From: an uncultured Planctomycetota bacterium
GTDB taxonomy: Bacteria > Planctomycetota > Planctomycetia > Isosphaerales > Isosphaeraceae
Reading direction: 5' to 3'
Assembly: GCA_963845755.1 (NCBI GenBank)
Contig: CAWJTV010000041.1
Span: forward strand, 512,001 to 576,000
DNA: 64,000 bases
Positions 61,192 to 64,000 of this stretch are shown here, one piece after another. The stretch's first letter is position 1. Every line of letters starts with the position of its first letter. The translations under genes and the position numbers were made by a program. The notes under the pieces were generated by a model. The model was given only the letters and a program-made list of their open reading frames with translations. It was not told where the DNA came from and did not search any database.

Positions 61192-63447
61192 ATGAATGAG
61201 CGCAGCTTCTTGCAAGCCGCGGCGCCGGGGCACTGGGTTCCGCGGCCGCTCGGACGCCGGCGCCGGGCGTTACTGATCCTGCTGGCGACCCTCGTCCTGG
61301 CCACGTCCGGATCGGAGCGGCTGATCGGCTTCGCGGGCCGCGTCCAGGCGGCGGAGCCGGCGGACGCCCCGCTGCCTCCCATCACGCCCAGGGACCTCGC
61401 CGCCAGGATCCGCGAGGCGATGAAGCGCTATGATGGCAAGGGAGTATTCCGGGTCCTGTTCACCGAGACGAGGGATACGAACTGGAAGCCGGACGGGAAG
61501 CCAATCCTGGTCACGTTCCACGGCCGGGCCCGATACGAGAGCGACGGTCGGTTCTGGCGCGCGGAAATCGACTCGATGTCAACGGTTTCCCTCTCGACCC
61601 GTCTGAATCCCGACCGATGGTCCACGGGATTCGACGGCGTTCAGCTTTATGACCGGCAGATCTCCCGCAACGAACTCATCCTCGGCGAGGCGCATTTCTC
61701 CGCCGAACAGTGGACGCCACGAAGCCTGTTCTGGAACCGGAGCGAGGAGTTGATCCAGCTCCTGGAAGAGACCAATCGGGACAAATCCTCGCTGGCGATC
61801 GAGCAACGGGTGGTCGATGGCCTGACATGTTACGTGGTCAAGGCCAGTAATCCGACTGTCGGTTGGGGAGGCGAAACCGTCGTCTCACCGAGGCAGGGAT
61901 ACCTTCTCATCCGCCGAATTCAGACCTGGAAGGGCAGGCCGACCACCACCTACGATCTTCACGACCTCCACGAGACCGTCCCCGGCCTCTGGGCGCCGGG
62001 TCGAATCGATTACGAGTCGCTCAAGTACGGCAAGGATGGAGCCGCGGGGATCGGCGATCGCCGTCGGATTCGCGTGGCGGCGTATCAGCCCGGCGCGGTC
62101 GTCCCGCCGACTGCGTTTGCTCTCGACATGCCATACGATGTGGATGTCGTGGATCGCCGGTCCGGCATCGCGTACCACAATGATCCCTGGTGGCCGGAAA
62201 TCGGGGGCATGCTCCGCGAGAAATACGACTGGCCGAAATGCGACCTCTCGCCACTCAGGAACCTGAGCAGTCCGTCCGACAAGAAGCTCGAAAACCGGCC
62301 GGCTCCTCCGCTCCACGTCGCCCGTTGGTTGAATTCCCAGCCCCGAGATCTCGCAGCCCTGCGAGGGAGGGTCGTCCTGCTCGAGTTCTGGAACACGGCG
62401 GATTCGTTCCGTCGCCCACTCATCGCCGCCTTGAAGAAACTCTATGTGACCTATCATCCCTCCGGGCTGGAGATGATCGCCATCCACGCGCCGACCGATG
62501 ACCCGGAAGTGATCCAGCGTTTCATCCAGGAGTACGGTATCGCCTATCCCGTGGCCATCGACTCGCCGGGGACCAGCTTCACGGGCGCAACGGCCGAGTC
62601 CTACGGTACCCGAGATGCGACGTATGCGTTTCTGATCGATCGCGAGGGGAAGGTCCATTCCCTCGGCACCGCGATGATCAACGGCGGCCAGATCATCGAG
62701 ACGCTGATCCCGCTCATGAAAGAGGCGGGGGCCGGAGACGTGCAACCGATCTCCCGCGAACCTTTTCTCATATCCCACCTCCCAGACGAGGCGTATGGAT
62801 CCTGCGACCGTCTCTTTAACCAGAAGGCCAGGGAGGCGCTCGAGGCCAATCCCACCGGGCAGATCCGCTGCCGGATTGTCGACGGGCAAGGCCATCCCAT
62901 CGACGGCACGAAGGTCCAGGCGACCCTCCACCTTACGATTCTGGCGATTTCGACCCCGGGGTCCTATTATTCCGCCCACTATCGCCAGCCGCTCGACCGG
63001 TTTGGTGGCACGAGCGGCCCGGATGGTCAGCTCGTGCTCCAGGGTCTTTGCAAGGGCGTCTACAAACTCAAGGCCGAAGCACCCGGTAAGTCGTGGGTTG
63101 AGCGAAAAGCAATCCTGACGCCGGCCCTCGATCCGGTCGAAGTCGAGTTTGTCCTGGATCAGGGTGGCACGATCGCCGGCCAGGTCCGAGATGATAACGG
63201 TCGCCCCATCGCGGGTGCGAGCGTCCATCGCGAGCAACGTCATCACTACGAACGCGGTGAGTTTCGGTACAGCACCGGCCCGCGATTGGACTCGGTGAAG
63301 ACCGACGCGGAAGGACGCTTCGAATTCTCGGGTGTGCAGGAAGGACGCTACACCTTCAAGATCGAGGCACCCGGGTTCGAGTCCGTCGAGACGGAGCACA
63401 TCCCCGCCGGGACCAAGGATGTTACGATCAGGCTCAAACCGCGCTGA
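61192..63447 (+). CDS. Membrane-anchored protein with redoxin (TlpA-like) fold and carboxypeptidase-regulatory-like domains
   Basis: APPLHVARWLNS..LRGRVVLLEFW..IAYPVAID..FLIDREGKV; GQVRDDNGRPIAGA..TDAEGRF. Confidence 0.8.
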   Translation: MNERSFLQAAAPGHWVPRPLGRRRRALLILLATLVLATSGSERLIGFAGRVQAAEPADAPLPPITPRDLAARIREAMKRYDGKGVFRVLFTETRDTNWKPDGKPILVTFHGRARYESDGRFWRAEIDSMSTVSLSTRLNPDRWSTGFDGVQLYDRQISRNELILGEAHFSAEQWTPRSLFWNRSEELIQLLEETNRDKSSLAIEQRVVDGLTCYVVKASNPTVGWGGETVVSPRQGYLLIRRIQTWKGRPTTTYDLHDLHETVPGLWAPGRIDYESLKYGKDGAAGIGDRRRIRVAAYQPGAVVPPTAFALDMPYDVDVVDRRSGIAYHNDPWWPEIGGMLREKYDWPKCDLSPLRNLSSPSDKKLENRPAPPLHVARWLNSQPRDLAALRGRVVLLEFWNTADSFRRPLIAALKKLYVTYHPSGLEMIAIHAPTDDPEVIQRFIQEYGIAYPVAIDSPGTSFTGATAESYGTRDATYAFLIDREGKVHSLGTAMINGGQIIETLIPLMKEAGAGDVQPISREPFLISHLPDEAYGSCDRLFNQKAREALEANPTGQIRCRIVDGQGHPIDGTKVQATLHLTILAISTPGSYYSAHYRQPLDRFGGTSGPDGQLVLQGLCKGVYKLKAEAPGKSWVERKAILTPALDPVEVEFVLDQGGTIAGQVRDDNGRPIAGASVHREQRHHYERGEFRYSTGPRLDSVKTDAEGRFEFSGVQEGRYTFKIEAPGFESVETEHIPAGTKDVTIRLKPR

Positions 63448-64000
63448 GCCGCATCGAGGCCGGACCCGGTGCGCGATCGAGCAAGGCTCCAATCCTCCAC
63501 GTCATAGCGCTTAACAGTTGCGTAGCGCATCGGCAAGGCGTCGCGAAGCCCCCCTAAACACGGCCTGGTTCAAACCCGGGTAACACTTGGCAGCGCAAAG
63601 GCCGCAGACCTCTCGCCGTAAAAACTTGCTCTGAAATGGCTTGTAGCGGGTAAACCCGGCCGCACTTCGCAAAAAGTGTTACCCTGGAGCCGAGCGATCT
63701 GAACCAGGTCCTAAACACCAGGCTAAAATTTTTTTGGGATTTTTTATCTGCCGCTGGTGCTGAGAGTTGGGTCGGCTCTTGGCCGAAATCCGCGCTAGGT
63801 GCATTAACGGTTTCCCAAAGTTGCGGCATCCTGAGAGTATGGCCCATGTGCGATCACACCGAAGATTGGCGCCGGACCGCGACTCCCGATTCGAGTGGTC
63901 GTCGCAATCCGCTTTCAGCAAAAGAGATCGGGGATGTCGATCCTGAAAATAGATGTCCCATTGTGCCACATTGTGACACCCTCATCGGTCGGTGATGTCC

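Noticed and set aside
63450..64000. Possible ncRNA or small ORFs at the right end
   Set aside because: AT-richer, probably regulatory DNA, but no recognisable RNA family, tRNA or credible protein could be supported

Overview
High-GC bacterial DNA whose gene content (ECF sigma factors with long C-terminal extensions, DUF1501/DUF1800, a MoxR-vWA-BatA operon, prenyltransferase-repeat protein) points to a Planctomycete, probably Isosphaeraceae-like (inference). From left to right: clpB; a six-gene surface-glycosylation cluster with rmlA/rmlB; folK and gnd; PI-PLC; a ~18.5 kb minus-strand MoxR/DUF58/BatA/vWA operon; two tandem ECF-sigma fusion genes; DUF1800/DUF1501; VapBC; a uxuA-like gene; CbrC; an IS5 element; a beta-helix protein; a DUF5678-like/retropepsin pair; MazEF-like; an esterase; a third ECF sigma; and a redoxin-fold protein. 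The MoxR operon has two unusual features. It contains a tandem array of six secreted LTxxQ-motif paralogs, and it carries a 1.5 kb integrase-less insert (HicAB plus two unknown genes) bounded by a duplicated gene 3' end. Intergenic spaces are rich in REP-like palindromes and inverted heptamer/nonamer tandem repeats. About 15 genes carry frameshifts, most likely long-read assembly indels. No rRNA, tRNA or CRISPR array was seen. Product calls come from motif recognition only; no database searches were run.
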